Assembly: GCF_009914755.1 (NCBI RefSeq)
Contig: NC_060938.1
Source of the DNA: the human T2T-CHM13v2.0 reference genome, Homo sapiens
Strand: one strand, 5' to 3'
Length of the DNA: 64,000 nucleotides
The notes beneath the pieces are model-generated. The model was not told the origin of the DNA and searched no databases. It saw nothing but the letters and a program-made list of their open reading frames with translations. This document shows positions 28,103-50,575 of the stretch, one piece after another (positions within the stretch are counted from its first letter, which is position 1; each line of letters opens with the position of its first letter). The position numbers were made by a program, and so were the translations under genes.

Positions 28103-30104
28103 CATTACAATGAACAGAATGAGGCATATAAGGAAGGCAGGCAAAATGGCCAAGTTCAAGGTAGAAGCCATCTCTGTTTATCTAAATTAATTCTAACTGA
28201 AGAATTTCAGACTACTTGAATTTATAAAACATAGCACTCCCATATAGCATTGTGTGAGATATACTTTTAGCTAGATTCCTTAGGTTCCCATTGAATTTTG
28301 AGTTATAAATATAGTCTCTTTAATAGAAAAATTTTCAATATCACATCTTTCAAGGTGGGAAACCTGATTGTTATCTTAATCAATGAAAAGAGAAATGCAT
28401 GCTCCATCTAAATAAATGAAATATTAGAGCATAGTCCTTTGTTCAAAGCATGTGTAACTAAATCTCAATTACAGTATTTCTACAATGTCAAGAAATAAAT
28501 GGAGACCAGCTCTTTTTCTTTCTTGTTATTTAACCATAAATGCTATTTCTAACACAAGAAATGTTTTTTCCAACTTATATAACACATTTAAGAATAACAA
28601 AACTTACTAAGTTTTAAGTATTATCTGCATGTTTTTAAAGAATCTTGAGTTTTTCTAGCTACAGATTATTCTCTAATGATGCTAAATTTACCTGCTTCAA
28701 AATCACACAGAAACTCTGTCTATAATAATTTGCTCTTCACGTAATTACAGAACAGCAAGATTCCAATAAATAGAATGACCCACTTCTTTGCACAGGGCTA
28801 AGTGAACATTAATCGTCTATCTAAGAAGCAATTAATTCTGAAAGCTCTGCACTGATATTTACAAAGAAGGGTGCAAAGAGCCCAGGTACCCTAATCTCTA
28901 CTTTCAAGTAATATTAAGAATGTCTTTAGTTAATTGCAAGTTTAGGAATGATACTAGATACCTAGTGGGAAGATGCAAAGAGAACGTCCTGCAATCAACT
29001 GTACATCCTGCCAGGGTTATTTATTAGTGCTAATAATACTGATAAACTATAAACCACATTATCACAACTCTTGTGATGAGAAGGCTGTCATGAACTTCAA
29101 CCATAGGGAAATATATGACACATAAATGAGGAAGAAAGTATCCCTCAATGTGTCTTCCTTTTTCTTCCCAAAAAGGAAAGCAATAATATTCAACATTGCT
29201 TCCCATTATTCACCAGGGGAGAAAAAAAAAGTATTTGCCTCCCCCTATGCTTGATCATGAAGCGGAAAAAAAAAATCACTTCTCTTTACCTAAGCAACCT
29301 TGAAGTTTCTGCTGAGCACCAAGGTTTCTGATCTATGATTTTACCACCCAGCAGCAACAAGTGCATGCTCAGGGAAACTGAAATTCTCATTCTCATGAGA
29401 TCTCTTCTCACATTTGCACTACCTGATCTTCAATTCATTGGTGAAAAAGAAAATAGTTTGGCCTTCATACTTTATTTTTAACAGAAAGTTTACTGCTTTC
29501 TGAAGTTCAGTATCATCAAGCTTCCAGTGCAAAGTCAAGTTTGTGTGACTTGCTTACCAGATCTGCTGAATCAAAAATTTGCCATCTTGAGATATAACCG
29601 AGGCTTTAGCAACCATAAAGCCCATCAGCTCTACCCTCAGTCCCTCCTCATTCTCAATTTTAGGTAAGGTGATAAGCCACTTTAGCATCAAGACAAGGTC
29701 CCCAAGCATTCTTCTCCTTTATATAAATTTGGGGGCTTCCACTGATAAAAAGCCATGGCTTGAACATAGGGCAAAGGTAAATAGAAGATTGCCTACTGAC
29801 CAAGTGGCTGTAGTCTCTTGTTTGCCATTGGCCCTTAGCTGGAGTTTCTGACATGATTCTACTTAATCAACAAGAAGCTCCCACCTCCCTAGTGCCTTGA
29901 CTTAGCCAGCAGATGAAATCAATTAGAAGTGGAGTGCTAAATAAGTACTAGAGTGGTTTTCAAGGAAGCTTCAGGGTTTGTTTTCCAAAAGTTCCATTTA
30001 CCAGTTCATAATCTTCACTCCTCACAATAATGGGCAAATACCAAGCTGCACACTCAAGAGAGATTAAGGCAAATCTTTGGTTAAGAACACCTGAGCACTG
30101 ATGA

Positions 30105-30790
30105 CTAAAGAGTAGACAATTTCAGTTATGTAAGATAAATAAGTTCTGGAGATCTATTATACGGCATAGTGCCCATAGCTAATGATACTGTATTGTACAC
30201 TTAAAATCTGCTAAAAGGGTAGATCTTTTTCTTTAAGTTGCAGTTTTGAGTTTTATTTAAAGAAGATACTTGTAACCCTGAGTTGGTAATGGCTAGGAGA
30301 AGAAGATGGAGTCCTCTGAAGTTTTGTTTCATTTTCTAATTTAGAACATAAGATCTATTAGTTACATGTTCAGGGAGGACACCTCCCTTTAGGTTTTGGT
30401 ACTGAGAGGTTGGTGTGACTCTTTGTGATGTCTTGAAAGTCATAGGCTATCTCTGTTAAAATAATATTTTTTTAAAGGCATATGACTTGGTGGTTTGATA
30501 TAGGTAAACATGATCACCACAATCAAACTAATTAACATATCTATTAACATCTACACAGTTACCTGTGTGTGTGTGTGTGCTGAGAAAATTTAGCTCATGT
30601 TCTATCCACTAAGACAGTAGATGTTAAGTGTTCCTACAACAAGTAATAATAATAAAGGGGACAAAAGGCAACTTTGGGAGGTGATGGATATGTTTATGGC
30701 TTTGGTGGTGATAGTTTCAGGGGTGTATACTTGTCCCCAAACTCATCGAGTTGTATACATTAAATATGTACAGCTTCTTATACATCAAAA
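30105..30790 (+). mobile_element. L1MB-type 3' UTR fragment interrupted by an antisense insert (30228-30608)
   Basis: ataagttctggagatct...gctaaaagggtagatctt, resuming at aagacagtagatgttaagtgttc. Confidence 0.7.
30468..30608 (-). mobile_element. Short L1MA-type 3' end
   Basis: caccacaatcaaactaattaacatatc...cagttacc(tg)n is an antisense L1MA 3' UTR motif. T-run at 30468. Confidence 0.7.
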
Positions 30791-31019
30791 GCATTACAGT
30801 TAATATGCTCAAAGGCAGAACTTTTCTGCCATCTAAATAGATTACTTGAAAGTTTCCTTGAGCTCTTGATCCTTAGGAAAAAACCTAAAGGTCTTGACAG
30901 ACCATTATAGGATAGCAGGTGAACAGGCCAGACTCTCTTTCCCCTTTTTTAATCCCTTAAGCAAGCATGTTACACACCCCTGGTAGCAACTGTTCAACTA
31001 TATATGAAGAAGTACAGCC

Positions 31020-31810
31020 AGTCTCAACTTCCTCATTCCTCAGTCATTGGAAACATGCTTCCACTTGGCCAGGTTCTTAAGATGCTACCCCTCCTGTTTG
31101 TTACATTTATTTACTTTCCCTCCTGCTGGAACATTTGTTTCCTTGTGTGATCTGTAATTTTTCAGGTGAACTTATTTTTCATGGAGGGTGTTTTACCCAT
31201 GGGAATCCTGTACACCCTGAATTGCAGCAGTGTCACTACAAATGAACAATTTCTTGTTTGCTTGTGCTGAGTACACCAGGAGCTTCACCCACCTGGAACA
31301 GGGTTGCACATTAATCTCTGAGTTGGGGATTCTTGCATCAAGAAGTCAAGGCTGGGGCTTCATGTCTTTTATTCTCTCTCACTCAGAGCCTCAGAAACAG
31401 AGGTGCTCCTTTGATGTTCCCCTGGCTTGCTGACAAGTAACTTTTCCAGACCTCCTTTCGCTGAGGGGCAGCTTTTCCAGGGTGCCATCTTTGTGCAGGG
31501 GTTTCAGCTCCCATTCCCTGTCCTCCACCAGCCAAGGCCATGTCTCTTGATGCCATGTTGGTGTTAAACATCCCAGCATTATGTTTGGTCCAGTGTCCCT
31601 GCCAGGACACCATGGCTGCAGTGCAGGAGGCCAGTACTCAGGCTTCAAGTTGCCTCCACAGACAACAACAGATTTCCTTCCAAGATCAGTTGCATATTTA
31701 AAAATTTTGTTGTAACGTATCCAGCACTTCTCTGTGTTTGTAGCAGGATGTAGAAATCCACAGTCACTCAGTCCACCATGCTGCTGGAACCAGAAATCCA
31801 GGCTCAACTT
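31020..31810 (-). mobile_element. Ancient L1M/HAL1-like 5' region
   Basis: Ends in cagtccaccatgctgctggaaccagaa, resembling the antisense 5' terminus of old L1M/HAL1. Confidence 0.4.
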
Positions 31811-31821
31811 CTAACCAGGTG

Positions 31822-32500
<679 letters not shown>

Positions 32501-33028
32501 TACAAATGGCCAATAAAGGCATGAAAAAATGCTGAACATCATGAGGCATTAGGGAAATGCAAATCAAAACCACAGTGAGGTAGTACTTCATATCCACTAG
32601 GAAGGCCATAAAAAAAGAAAGAGAAAATTAACAAGTGTTAGTGAGGATGTAGAGAAGTTAGAACTCTCATACGTTGCTGGTGGGAACATAAAATGATGCA
32701 GCCACTGTGGAAAAACCTCAGCTGCTCCTCAAAAAGTTAAATAAAATATTGACATATAACCCAGCAATTCCACTGTTAGGTATATACTCACAAGAACCGA
32801 AAACAGGTCCTCAAACAAATACGTGTACACGAATGTTCATAGCAACACTACCCACAGCAGCCAAAAGGAGGAAATAACCCAAATGTCCATCAACTGATTG
32901 ATAAACAAAATGCGGTATAGACATACAGTGGAATATTATTCAGCCCTAAAAAGAAATAAAGTTCTGATACATCTACAAAATAAAATTTTTATGTACCTTG
33001 AAAACATTACACTAAGTGAATGAAGACA
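32501..33028 (+). mobile_element. L1MB ORF2-end/3' UTR fragment
   Basis: caaatggccaataa, gggaaatgcaaatcaaaaccaca, ccagcaattccact. Confidence 0.85.
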
Positions 33029-33374
33029 CTAAGGGAATGTGCTAAGGGATAGAAGATGGGGTAAAGAAGCTATGTGGTCCCTCCTAGAAGCTGGGTGGGT
33101 GCCATAGAGAGGGGAGAGAGTAGAACTCATATTCCATTCACCCATACTTCACCCATCCTGCCTCAGTGCCCATGTGATACCCACCTGATGCACTCCCTGC
33201 TGCCCAGCATTACAGGCAGGCCAGCCAGCCTAGATGGCCAGAAATAGGAAGTCCTCTTACTGAAACAATTTCTCACTTCTTATTTCTTTGAAGTAAGTGT
33301 AAAATGTACAGAGTCAACCACTAGGCAAAAAATGGAGGGAAAAGAAGCAAAACCACACCTGTGTTGATTTCCCA

Positions 33375-33930
33375 ATTTTTTTATCGTGGTAATATACACG
33401 TGACATAGAAATGACCATCTTAACCATTTTCAAGTATGTAATTCAGTGGAATTAACTACCGTATATTCATAATGTCATCAGCACCATCCATCTCCAGAAC
33501 TTCCCATCAAGTAACACTGAAACTCTATACCCATTTTTTAAAACTCTCCATTCTCCCCTCCTGCTAGCCCCTGGGAATCAGCATTCTGTCTCTATGAATT
33601 TAACTACCTGAGATGCCTCACATAAGTGGAATTATATAGTATTTGTCTTTTGGGGATGGGCTTGTTTCACTTAGAATAATGTCTTCAAGGTTCATCCCTG
33701 TCATATTTCAGAACTAACTTCCTTTTTAAGCATATGTCAGAATTTCCTTCCTTTTTATGGATGAATAATATTCCTCTAGATATTGTTTATCCATACACCC
33801 ATCAATGGACACTCGGGGTACCTCCACATTGCAGCTACCATAAATAATGTCACTATGAACATGGATGTACAAATATCTATCTGTGACTCTGCTTTCAATT
33901 TTTTTGTATATATACCCAGAAGTAGAATTA
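33375..33930 (-). mobile_element. L1MB 3' fragment
   Basis: accatcttaaccatttt, ttcacttagaataatgtcttcaaggttcatcc, tatatacccagaagt. Confidence 0.8.
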
Positions 33931-34799
33931 GGTTATTACTTGATATGTGTTTTCATTCAGTTAGAAGAGGAATTCAATAATGTAACCAACTTCTATTGAG
34001 TATCTAATAGGTACCAGGTACTGGGCCAGAAAATAGCTATAAAGTGTTATGTATTTATGAATTAAAATGAAGACTGCAGTTAGGCTTAAAAGGGAGGAAG
34101 AGAAATTGAATTGTGTTTCTTCAGCAGACATAATTAAATCCCAAAGCTCTGAGCATCGATTAGACACTAGAAATAAAATCTGATTATCCCAGAGACTCAT
34201 TTTCATATACTTTTATGAGTTGCCTATATGGCTGTGAATTAGCCATCAACCAAAATGGATTTGTTTTTACCCAGTAACAAACAAACCTTGAACCCATTTA
34301 CAAGTTTGTTACGAAGAGGCAGCCAGAGCTTTTGTTTAATTGGCAATATAATCATGTACATTATTAATGATAAGTTTATTTTCTTCCTAATGCAGAAGTT
34401 AGGCCATTAACACTGCAGCAAGTTACAAATGTACACTAAGAGAGCCTGACCAAGTCAGCCACTTGCTCCGTGGTCCAACATTACAGAGAAATATTTTTCC
34501 AAGACTTGTGCGAGGTTTTATACTCCCAGAGAGGAACTTGCAACAGACTTCGGCGAGAACTGCAGCTACTATGGCCATCTCAACTCTAAGAAAAAGGCTT
34601 CCAAAATTGTAATGCAATACATGATACACTAACAAATTGAAATTCAGGGCCCAGTCATTCTCACAGAGTCAGAAAGAAATCTTCAACAGAAATCAGACAA
34701 AAGTAACTTGAAAAGTTCTCTCTGCCATTGTTTCCTATCATATACTTCCAAGCCACGCCACCTTCATTTTCACCTTAGTACCACAAGGGTGTCTCCAGT

Positions 34800-35195
34800 T
34801 TCTTTCCAAGCAACATTTTGAAAGGCAGTCTGATCACATCACTCCCTACTTAAAACCCCTTCCAAGCTTTCTACTGCCCTCAGGAAAAAGTCTGACCTTC
34901 ACTCAGTTTCTAAGGCCCTATATGATTTCAGTTCTTACAGTGAGCTGAGTGCCCCACTTCCAAACCTTCACACTTATTCTTCCTTCTGTCTTCACCTTTT
35001 CTTCTCCCGGCTCACTCCCACTCATTCTTCAGACCCAGCTTAAAGGGCCCTTCGTCGGAGAGGTCTGTTCTGGGCCCTACACTAGATCTCTCATCTGGAG
35101 AACCCAGATGAGACTTATGTGTTTTGCTCATTGCTGCAGCTCCAGCACCAGAGAAGGCCTGGCATGCAGAAGACACTACTGGTTAAATCAATGAA
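34800..35195 (+). mobile_element. L2 3' fragment
   Basis: tctgatcacatcactccctacttaaaaccc, gcctggcatgcagaag, aatgaat. Confidence 0.55.
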
Positions 35196-35466
35196 TCATC
35201 TTCTACCATAATATATTCTAATGAGAACTGAGGCTGTTGTTCTCATATATTAGGAGCCCAATGAAGGGTAAGTCTATTGGACTCATATAAATAATGTAGT
35301 CTTCCTGAATACTATCTACAGGAGGGCTTCCTAATCATTTTTGTGCTATGGACCCATCTGACTGTCCAATGAAGACTATGAACCCCTACTTAGAACACTA
35401 TTTATAAATGCATAAAATAAAATACATAGAAAAATACATCTAAAGAAACATTTAAAGAAATACTTA

Positions 35467-36372
35467 GGGGAGGAGCCAAGATGGCCGAATAGGAACAGCT
35501 CTGGTCTACAGCTCCCAGCGTGAGCGACGCAGAAGACGGGTGATTTCTGCATTTCCATCTGAGGTACCGGGTTCATCTCACTAGGGAGTGCCAGACAGTG
35601 GGCGCAGGCCAGTGTGTGCGCGCACCGTGCGCGAGCCGAAGCAGGGTGAGGCATTGCCTCACCTGGGAAGCGCAAGGGGTCAGGGAGTTCCCTTTCCGAG
35701 TCAAAGAAAGAGGTGACGGACGCACCTGGAAAATCAGGTCACTCCCACCTGAATATTGCGCTTTTCAGACCGGCTTAACAAACGGCGCACCACGAGACTA
35801 TATACCACACCTGGCTCGGAGGGTCCTACGCCCACGGAATCTCGCTGATTGCTAGCACAGCAGTCTAAGATCAAACTGCAAGGCGGCAACGAGGCTGGGG
35901 GAGGGGCGCCCGCCATTGCCCAGGCTTGCTTAGGTAAACAAAGCAGCCGGGAAGCTCGAACTGGGTGGAGCCCACCACAGCTCAAGGAGGCCTGCCTGCC
36001 TCTGTAGGCTCCACCTCTGGGGGCAGGGCACAGACAAACAAAAAGACAGCAGTAACCTCTGCAGACTTAAGTGTCCCTGTCTGACAGCTTTGAAGAGAGC
36101 AGTGGTTCTCCCAGCACGCAGCTGGAGATCTGAGAACGGGCAGACTGCCTCCTCAAGTGGGTCCCTGACCCCTGACCCCCAAGCAGCCTAACTGGGAGGC
36201 ACCCCCCCAGCAGGGGCACACTGACACCTCACACGGCAGGGTATTCCAACAGACCTGCAGCTGAGGGTCCTGTCTGTTAGAAGGAAAACTAACAACCAGA
36301 AAGGACATCTACACCGAAAACCCATCTGTACATCACCATCATCAAAGACCAAAAGTAGATAAAACCACAAAG
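35467..36372 (+). promoter_or_regulatory. L1 5' UTR: CpG-rich internal sense promoter (YY1 site caagatggc) and antisense promoter region
   Basis: Complete 5' UTR of about 906 nt. Both promoters are established features of young L1s. Confidence 0.85.
35734..35916 (-). CDS. L1 ORF0, truncated to 60 aa by a premature TGA; splice donors SD1 (after 35811) and SD2 (after 35726) intact
   Basis: MAGAPPPASLPPCSLILDCCASNQRDSVGVGPSEPG...IQVGVT* matches primate L1 ORF0. Donors read CCAG|GTGTGG and CCAG|GTGCGT. Confidence 0.85.
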   Translation of the reverse strand: MAGAPPPASLPPCSLILDCCASNQRDSVGVGPSEPGVVYSLVVRRLLSRSEKRNIQVGVT

Positions 36373-37389
36373 ATGGGGAAAAAACAGAACAGAAAAACTG
36401 GAAACTCTAAAACGCAGAGCGCCTCTCCTCCTCCAAAGGAACGCAGTTCCTCACCAGCAACGGAACAAAGCTGGATGGAGAATGATTTTGACGAGCTGAG
36501 AGAAGAAGGCTTCAGACGATCAAATTACTCTGAGCTACGGGAGGACATTCAAACCAAAGGCAAAGAAGTTGAAAACTTTGAAAAAAATTTAGAAGAATGT
36601 ATAACTAGAATAACCAATACAGAGAAGTGCTTAAAGGAGCTGATGGAGCTGAAAACCAAGGCTCGAGAACTACGTGAAGAATACAGAAGCCTCAGGAGCC
36701 GATGCGATCAACTGGAAGAAAGGGTATCAGCAATGGAAGATGAAATGAATGAAATGAAGCAAGAAGGGAAGTTTAGAGAAAAAAGAATAAAAAGAAATGA
36801 GCAAAGCCTCCAAGAAATATGGGACTATGTGAAAAGACCAAATCTACGTCTGATTGGTGTACCTGAAAGTGATGTGGAGAATGGAACCAAGTTGGAAAAC
36901 ACTCTGCAGGATATTATCCAGGAGAACTTCCCCAATCTAGCAAGGCAGGCCAACGTTCAGATTCAGGAAATACAGAGAACGCCACAAAGATACTCCTCTA
37001 GAACAGCAACTCCAAGACACATAATTGTCAGATTCACCAAAGTTGAAATGAAGGAAAAAATGTTAAGGGCAGCCAGAGAGAAAGGTCGGGTTACCCTCAA
37101 AGGAAAGCCCATCAGACTAATAGCGGATCTCTCGGCAGAAACCCTACAAGCCAGAAGAGAGTGGGGGCCAATATTCAACATTCTTAAAGAAAAGAATTTT
37201 CAACCCAGAATTTCATATCCAGCCAAACTAAGCTTCATAAGTGAAGGAGAAATAAAATACTTTATAGACAAGCAAATGCTGAGATATTTTGTCACCACCA
37301 GGCCTGCCCTAAAAGAGCTCCTGAAGGAAGCGCTAAACATGGAAAGGAACAACCGGTACCAGCTGCTGCAAAATCATGCCAAAATGTAA
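36373..37389 (+). CDS. L1 ORF1p, intact 338 aa
   Basis: Uninterrupted canonical ORF1p (MGKKQNRK...REKG...ARR...YPAKLS...HAKM). Confidence 0.97.
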   Translation: MGKKQNRKTGNSKTQSASPPPKERSSSPATEQSWMENDFDELREEGFRRSNYSELREDIQTKGKEVENFEKNLEECITRITNTEKCLKELMELKTKARELREEYRSLRSRCDQLEERVSAMEDEMNEMKQEGKFREKRIKRNEQSLQEIWDYVKRPNLRLIGVPESDVENGTKLENTLQDIIQENFPNLARQANVQIQEIQRTPQRYSSRTATPRHIIVRFTKVEMKEKMLRAAREKGRVTLKGKPIRLIADLSAETLQARREWGPIFNILKEKNFQPRISYPAKLSFISEGEIKYFIDKQMLRYFVTTRPALKELLKEALNMERNNRYQLLQNHAKM

Positions 37390-37452
37390 AGACCATCGAG
37401 ACTAGGAAGAAACTGCATCAACTAACAAGCAAAATCACCACCTAACATCATA

Positions 37453-41274
<3,822 letters not shown>

Positions 41275-41869
41275 ACAATGAGATCACATGGACACAGGAA
41301 GGGGAATATCACACTCTGGGGACTGTGGTGGGGTCGGGGGAGGGGGGAGGGATAGCACTGGGAGATATACCTAATGCTAGATGACACGTTAGTGGGTGCA
41401 GCGCACCAGCATGGCACATGTATACATATGTAACTAACCTGCACAATGTGCACATGTACCCTAAAATTTAAAGTATAATAAAAAAAAATTAAAAAAAAAA
41501 AAAGAAATACTTAAATTCCATTATCAAGTTATCTTTTAAATTTGTGATACAATAGTAAATATGTCTTTGTACTATCTGATTAAATAAAAAGATATAGTGG
41601 CCGGTTTAATAACTACTATAGTTTCAAAGTAGTGATGAGCATAAATGACATTTTGAGTTATCTGTGACAACTATAATGTGATATGAAATTATCTGTAATA
41701 TTTATTGGTGACAAAGACACATATACTGCATTATGGCTACTGGCTACACTCATAATTAGACAAACCACTAAAATTCAGTTAGAAGTTACTGAAAATAAGG
41801 ATGCAATTTTTACCCTTAGAGTTCATGGACCCCTAGAGAGATCCCTAAGAAAGTCATGGAAATGCACTG

Positions 41870-42294
41870 CGTAGCTCTTCTGTCGTTGGGGTGCATAGGT
41901 AACTGACAGTCCCAGGCACCCACCACCACCCCTGGAGCCACTACCACATTTGTGCAGTGTCCACGCTTCCCCTGGACTGCTCCCAGGCAATGTCTGAGCA
42001 CAGCAGGGCACCTGTGCAGACTCATTCCTGTGGGACACAGGAGTCCTCAAGTGGGCCACTTCGGCTCCAGAACTCACAAGCAGCCTGGCAAAAACATTCT
42101 CAGAACTGAACTATCATTTGAGTCTTTCTCTCAGTCCTCCTTTCACAGCAGTCAGTCTAGCATCGCAATCTGAGAGCTCTCCCCACCTACTCCTATTCCC
42201 TTCTCTTTATCCTTTCCAGGTGTTTCTCCCTATAAATCTCTGCCACAAGTAATCCCATCTTGCCTCTGTTTATCAGAGGACCTGAACTAACACA
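41870..42294 (+). mobile_element. LTR33-like ERVL LTR
   Basis: ataaatctct...aatcccatcttg...cagaggacctgaactaacaca 3' end. Confidence 0.6.
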
Positions 42295-43088
42295 ATCCCT
42301 TTGAATTAAGGAAAAGAGAAACGCCTATTTACCCATGTTGATTCAGAATGGATATTCTGAAGATATTTGAACACGTTGCATTTTTACAACACTTTACCAA
42401 TATCTACCACTTGATTTCAGGAAAAGACTTTGCAGAGATTATTTTTAAAAAAGAAAATCTTTCCCATTAACTCTTTGCCATTTAAAGGAAGGGCCACAAA
42501 GGGTTAAGTCCAGGGATTAGCCTCCCTGAACTGACAGCAGTGGCTCATTAAGGAGCCTGGAGTAAAAGAACAGGGCTGAGACACACAGCCAGCACAAAAA
42601 CTGTTTAAACAATATGATGTGAAGGATACACAAAGTTAACCTACTAGAATTTCCTGCTTCTCATTCCTGAGAGCCCCTCTGACTCAACACTATGGCTTAT
42701 GAAGTAAATGCATTAGAACTCCTCATACACAAAAGAGAAATTAAGATACTGGATAGCTGGGTATCATGTAGAACTGCAGCAATGATGCTGAAAAAATCAG
42801 GAATCACGACAAGTAAATTTTAATAGGAAAGTGGGACAAAGACTGTCCACAGCACAGAGCATTTCCCTTCCCTACTCTCCACTCCTTCCACAAGGGATTT
42901 CAGGTACAACAATAACATAAAAAGTAATACTAGAACCAAAACAGGGAACAAAAACAACAACAACGAAAAGGAAATGTAAATGAACACAGAAGAACCAAGA
43001 AAGAAAAAACACAAGTATGAAGTTTCTAAGACCCACCAGAGCCAGTGGAGCTGATGAGAAAAATTGGGTTCTTAGCACCCTAAATTGA

Positions 43089-43631
43089 TTTTTTTTTTAA
43101 CTTTTACTTTGGGTTCAAGGGTACATGAGCAGGTTTGTTATATAGGTAAACTCGTGTCACAGGGGTTTGGTGTACAGATTGTCACTCAGGTATTAAACTT
43201 AGTACCCAGTCGTTGTTTGTTCTAAACCTCTCCCTCCTCCCACCCTCCACCCTTAAACAGGCCCCAGTGTCTGTTGTTCCCCGCCATGTGTCCATGTGTT
43301 CTCATCATTTAGCTCCCACTTATAAGTGAGAATATGCAGGATTTGGTTTTCTGTTCCTGTGTTAGTTTGCTTAGGATAATGGCCTGCAACTCCATCCATG
43401 CTCCTGCAAAGGACATTATCTTGTTCTTCTTTATAGCTGCATAGTATTCCATGGTGTATATGTAGCATATTTTCTTTACCCAGTCTACCACTGATGGGCA
43501 TTTAGGTGGCTTCCATGTCTTTCCTATTGTGAATAGTGCTGCAATGAACATACATGTACTTGTGTCTTTATGATAGAATGATATACATTCCTTTGGGTAT
43601 ATACCCAGTAATGGAATTGCTGGGTCAGATA
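43089..43631 (-). mobile_element. 5'-truncated older L1PA (about PA13-16)
   Basis: ORF2 C-terminal peptide ([12 protein letters not shown]) plus 3' UTR. Perfect TSD agcaccctaaattga at 43074-43088 and 43632-43646. Confidence 0.93.
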
Positions 43632-43902
43632 AGCACCCTAAATTGAAACCTGGAATATATTTTCCCACCAAGATTTTGTCTGGTGCATTGTTTAGGTTCT
43701 ATAGGACCCTTAACAGAAATTCTACTTCCAGTATATTGTGAACTAAATCAGTTGTTATGGGCTGCCCCAGAAACCTCACTATGACATAGAAGATGGTTTC
43801 TAAGGGAGAATGCCCTCTGCATTTCAAATCAATTTTTGGAAAAAGAACTCATTCAGAAATGTAAAGTATCCTACGTTCCTCTAAGTAAAATGAAACATGG
43901 TC

Positions 43903-48551
<4,649 letters not shown>

Positions 48552-48563
48552 GAAACACGGTCT

Positions 48564-49055
48564 TGTGAGTTGAATTTTGTCCCCTAAAAATATATGTTGA
48601 TGGCTTAACCCTCAGTCCCTCAGAATGTGACCCAATTGGAATTAGGGTGGTCACAGATATAATTAAATTAAAATGAGGTCATACTGGAGTAGGATATGCC
48701 CCTAATCCAATATGACTGATGTTCTTATAAGAAGATGAAGAGAGAACAAGACTCACAGAGAAGAATCCCATGTGAAAACACAGAGACACACAAGAAGAAG
48801 ACAGCCATTAACAAGGAAGGCAGAGATTAGAGTGAGCAATCTACAAGTCAAGAAACACCAAGTATCACCAGGCACAGCCAGAAATTAGGAAGGAAGCATG
48901 AAACAGGCTCTCCCTCAGCCTCAAGAAGGAACCAACCCTGCTGACACCTGGCTTTTTACTTCCAGCCACCAGAACTGGGAGAGAACACATTTCTCTTGTA
49001 AGCCACCCAGTTTATGGTCTTTTGTTATGGCAGCCCAAGGAAAGTAGTATAATAC
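48564..49055 (+). mobile_element. MLT1C-like MaLR LTR
   Basis: gttgaattttgtccc, aatgaggtcatactggagtagg, ggaaccaaccctgctgacacct, tttgttatggcagccc. Confidence 0.8.
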
Positions 49056-50324
49056 AATAAGCACAGGGTGCCTCATTATGCACATTCCTGTCCAGCCTTG
49101 TTGCTAATTTGTAAATCCCACGGTAATGGACCAGGTTTCACAGGGCTTGATTCCATCTAGAGATGGACCAATACGTTTGGAAACTAAATCCCTGGTAGCA
49201 GTAATCAAGAACTTGCTGAGATGTTCTAATGACCTGAGTCACCTCTTTGTTCTGAGGGGACAATTTGCGTGCTGAGATGATCTAGTTCAATTCTGGCCTC
49301 AATATATTATATTTAAATTGTACTTTTCTTCCAAGAACACTTACAAAAATTGCCTCATTAATGCTTGCTACTCCCTTGTGCAGTAAGAAAGGCACAAGTA
49401 CCATTATGTCAATTTCGAAGATGAAGACACGGAATCCTAAAATCCCAGGGCTAGGAAGAACACTGAAAGACCATCTACTTCAAAGAGCCCAAACCTGTTG
49501 CTTAGCAAAATTACCTGAGCAACTCAGCAAAAATAAAGGTTCACTGGCCCAGCTCAGCAACTACAGGATAAAGCCTAAGTGTCTGTATTTTTAACAAACT
49601 TCCCAAGGGACTTTCTTTTACCACCTTCTTAGCACAATTCATATACTGGCATTTGGGAAGCACAGAGTGGTCTCATCTTGCCCAGGTTTGAGAAATATCT
49701 GGACAGACTCCTTTTATGAGATAAAAATTCTTATGGCCCTCCAGTGCTAACAAATTATTTTTATTATAATGTTACTTAAATAAATGTAACCGTAAGCCTA
49801 CATAAAACTCCGAATCCTGATAGCTCTTTTATATTACCATAAAACCAAAACAAATTCCTAAATTAAGTAAAATCCTAATAAAACCCAAATTTGTTTTAGT
49901 GCACCAGTCACTAAAATGTGGCTATGTACTGACTGCTACAGAGCTGGTCTCTAACAGTTTGACAGGCTCAGATTACATGTACTGGAAGAGACTCTATTCC
50001 CCCTCCACTCTTTTCTCTAAGACCATAGCTAGGCCTTCCTTGCAGCCAGCCTCAATATCATGGTCATCATTGCATAATAATACGACCGTAAACACAATGC
50101 AAATGCAGGCTTTCTAATAACGTGGGATTATCAGCTATGAAAAGTTGTCCAAATAATCCAAAAATATGCTTATCTTGATGTATTTACATTTTCATCCAAA
50201 TGAGAGCACAAGATTTAAATTTTCTCACAGTAAACGTTTGGATCCCCCTCTGATAAGCATTGATCTAATCCATCTGCCTTATTGCTGGCAGTCAGAGTTT
50301 AGTGAATGTGGATTTTAATGTCTT

Positions 50325-50575
50325 AGTAACAGTTAAAACATATAGTGTTAACTGTGTAGCAGACACACTGTTCTAAGCCCTTTACATAGAGTAATTTTTT
50401 ACTCTTCATTTCAACCCTGTAAGGTAGGTACAGCCATTATCTCCACTGCACAGATGAGAGAACTGGGGTAAAAGAGGTTAAACTTCTTGCCCAAAATCAC
50501 ACAGCTTATAAGTGGCAGACCTGGGATTTGAACCCAAGGAGACTGGCTGCAGAGCCTGTGCTCTCCTCCTAGCCA
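50325..50575 (-). mobile_element. MIR
   Basis: cagatgagagaactgggg, ttgcccaaaatcacacagct, ctgggatttgaaccca. Confidence 0.8.
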
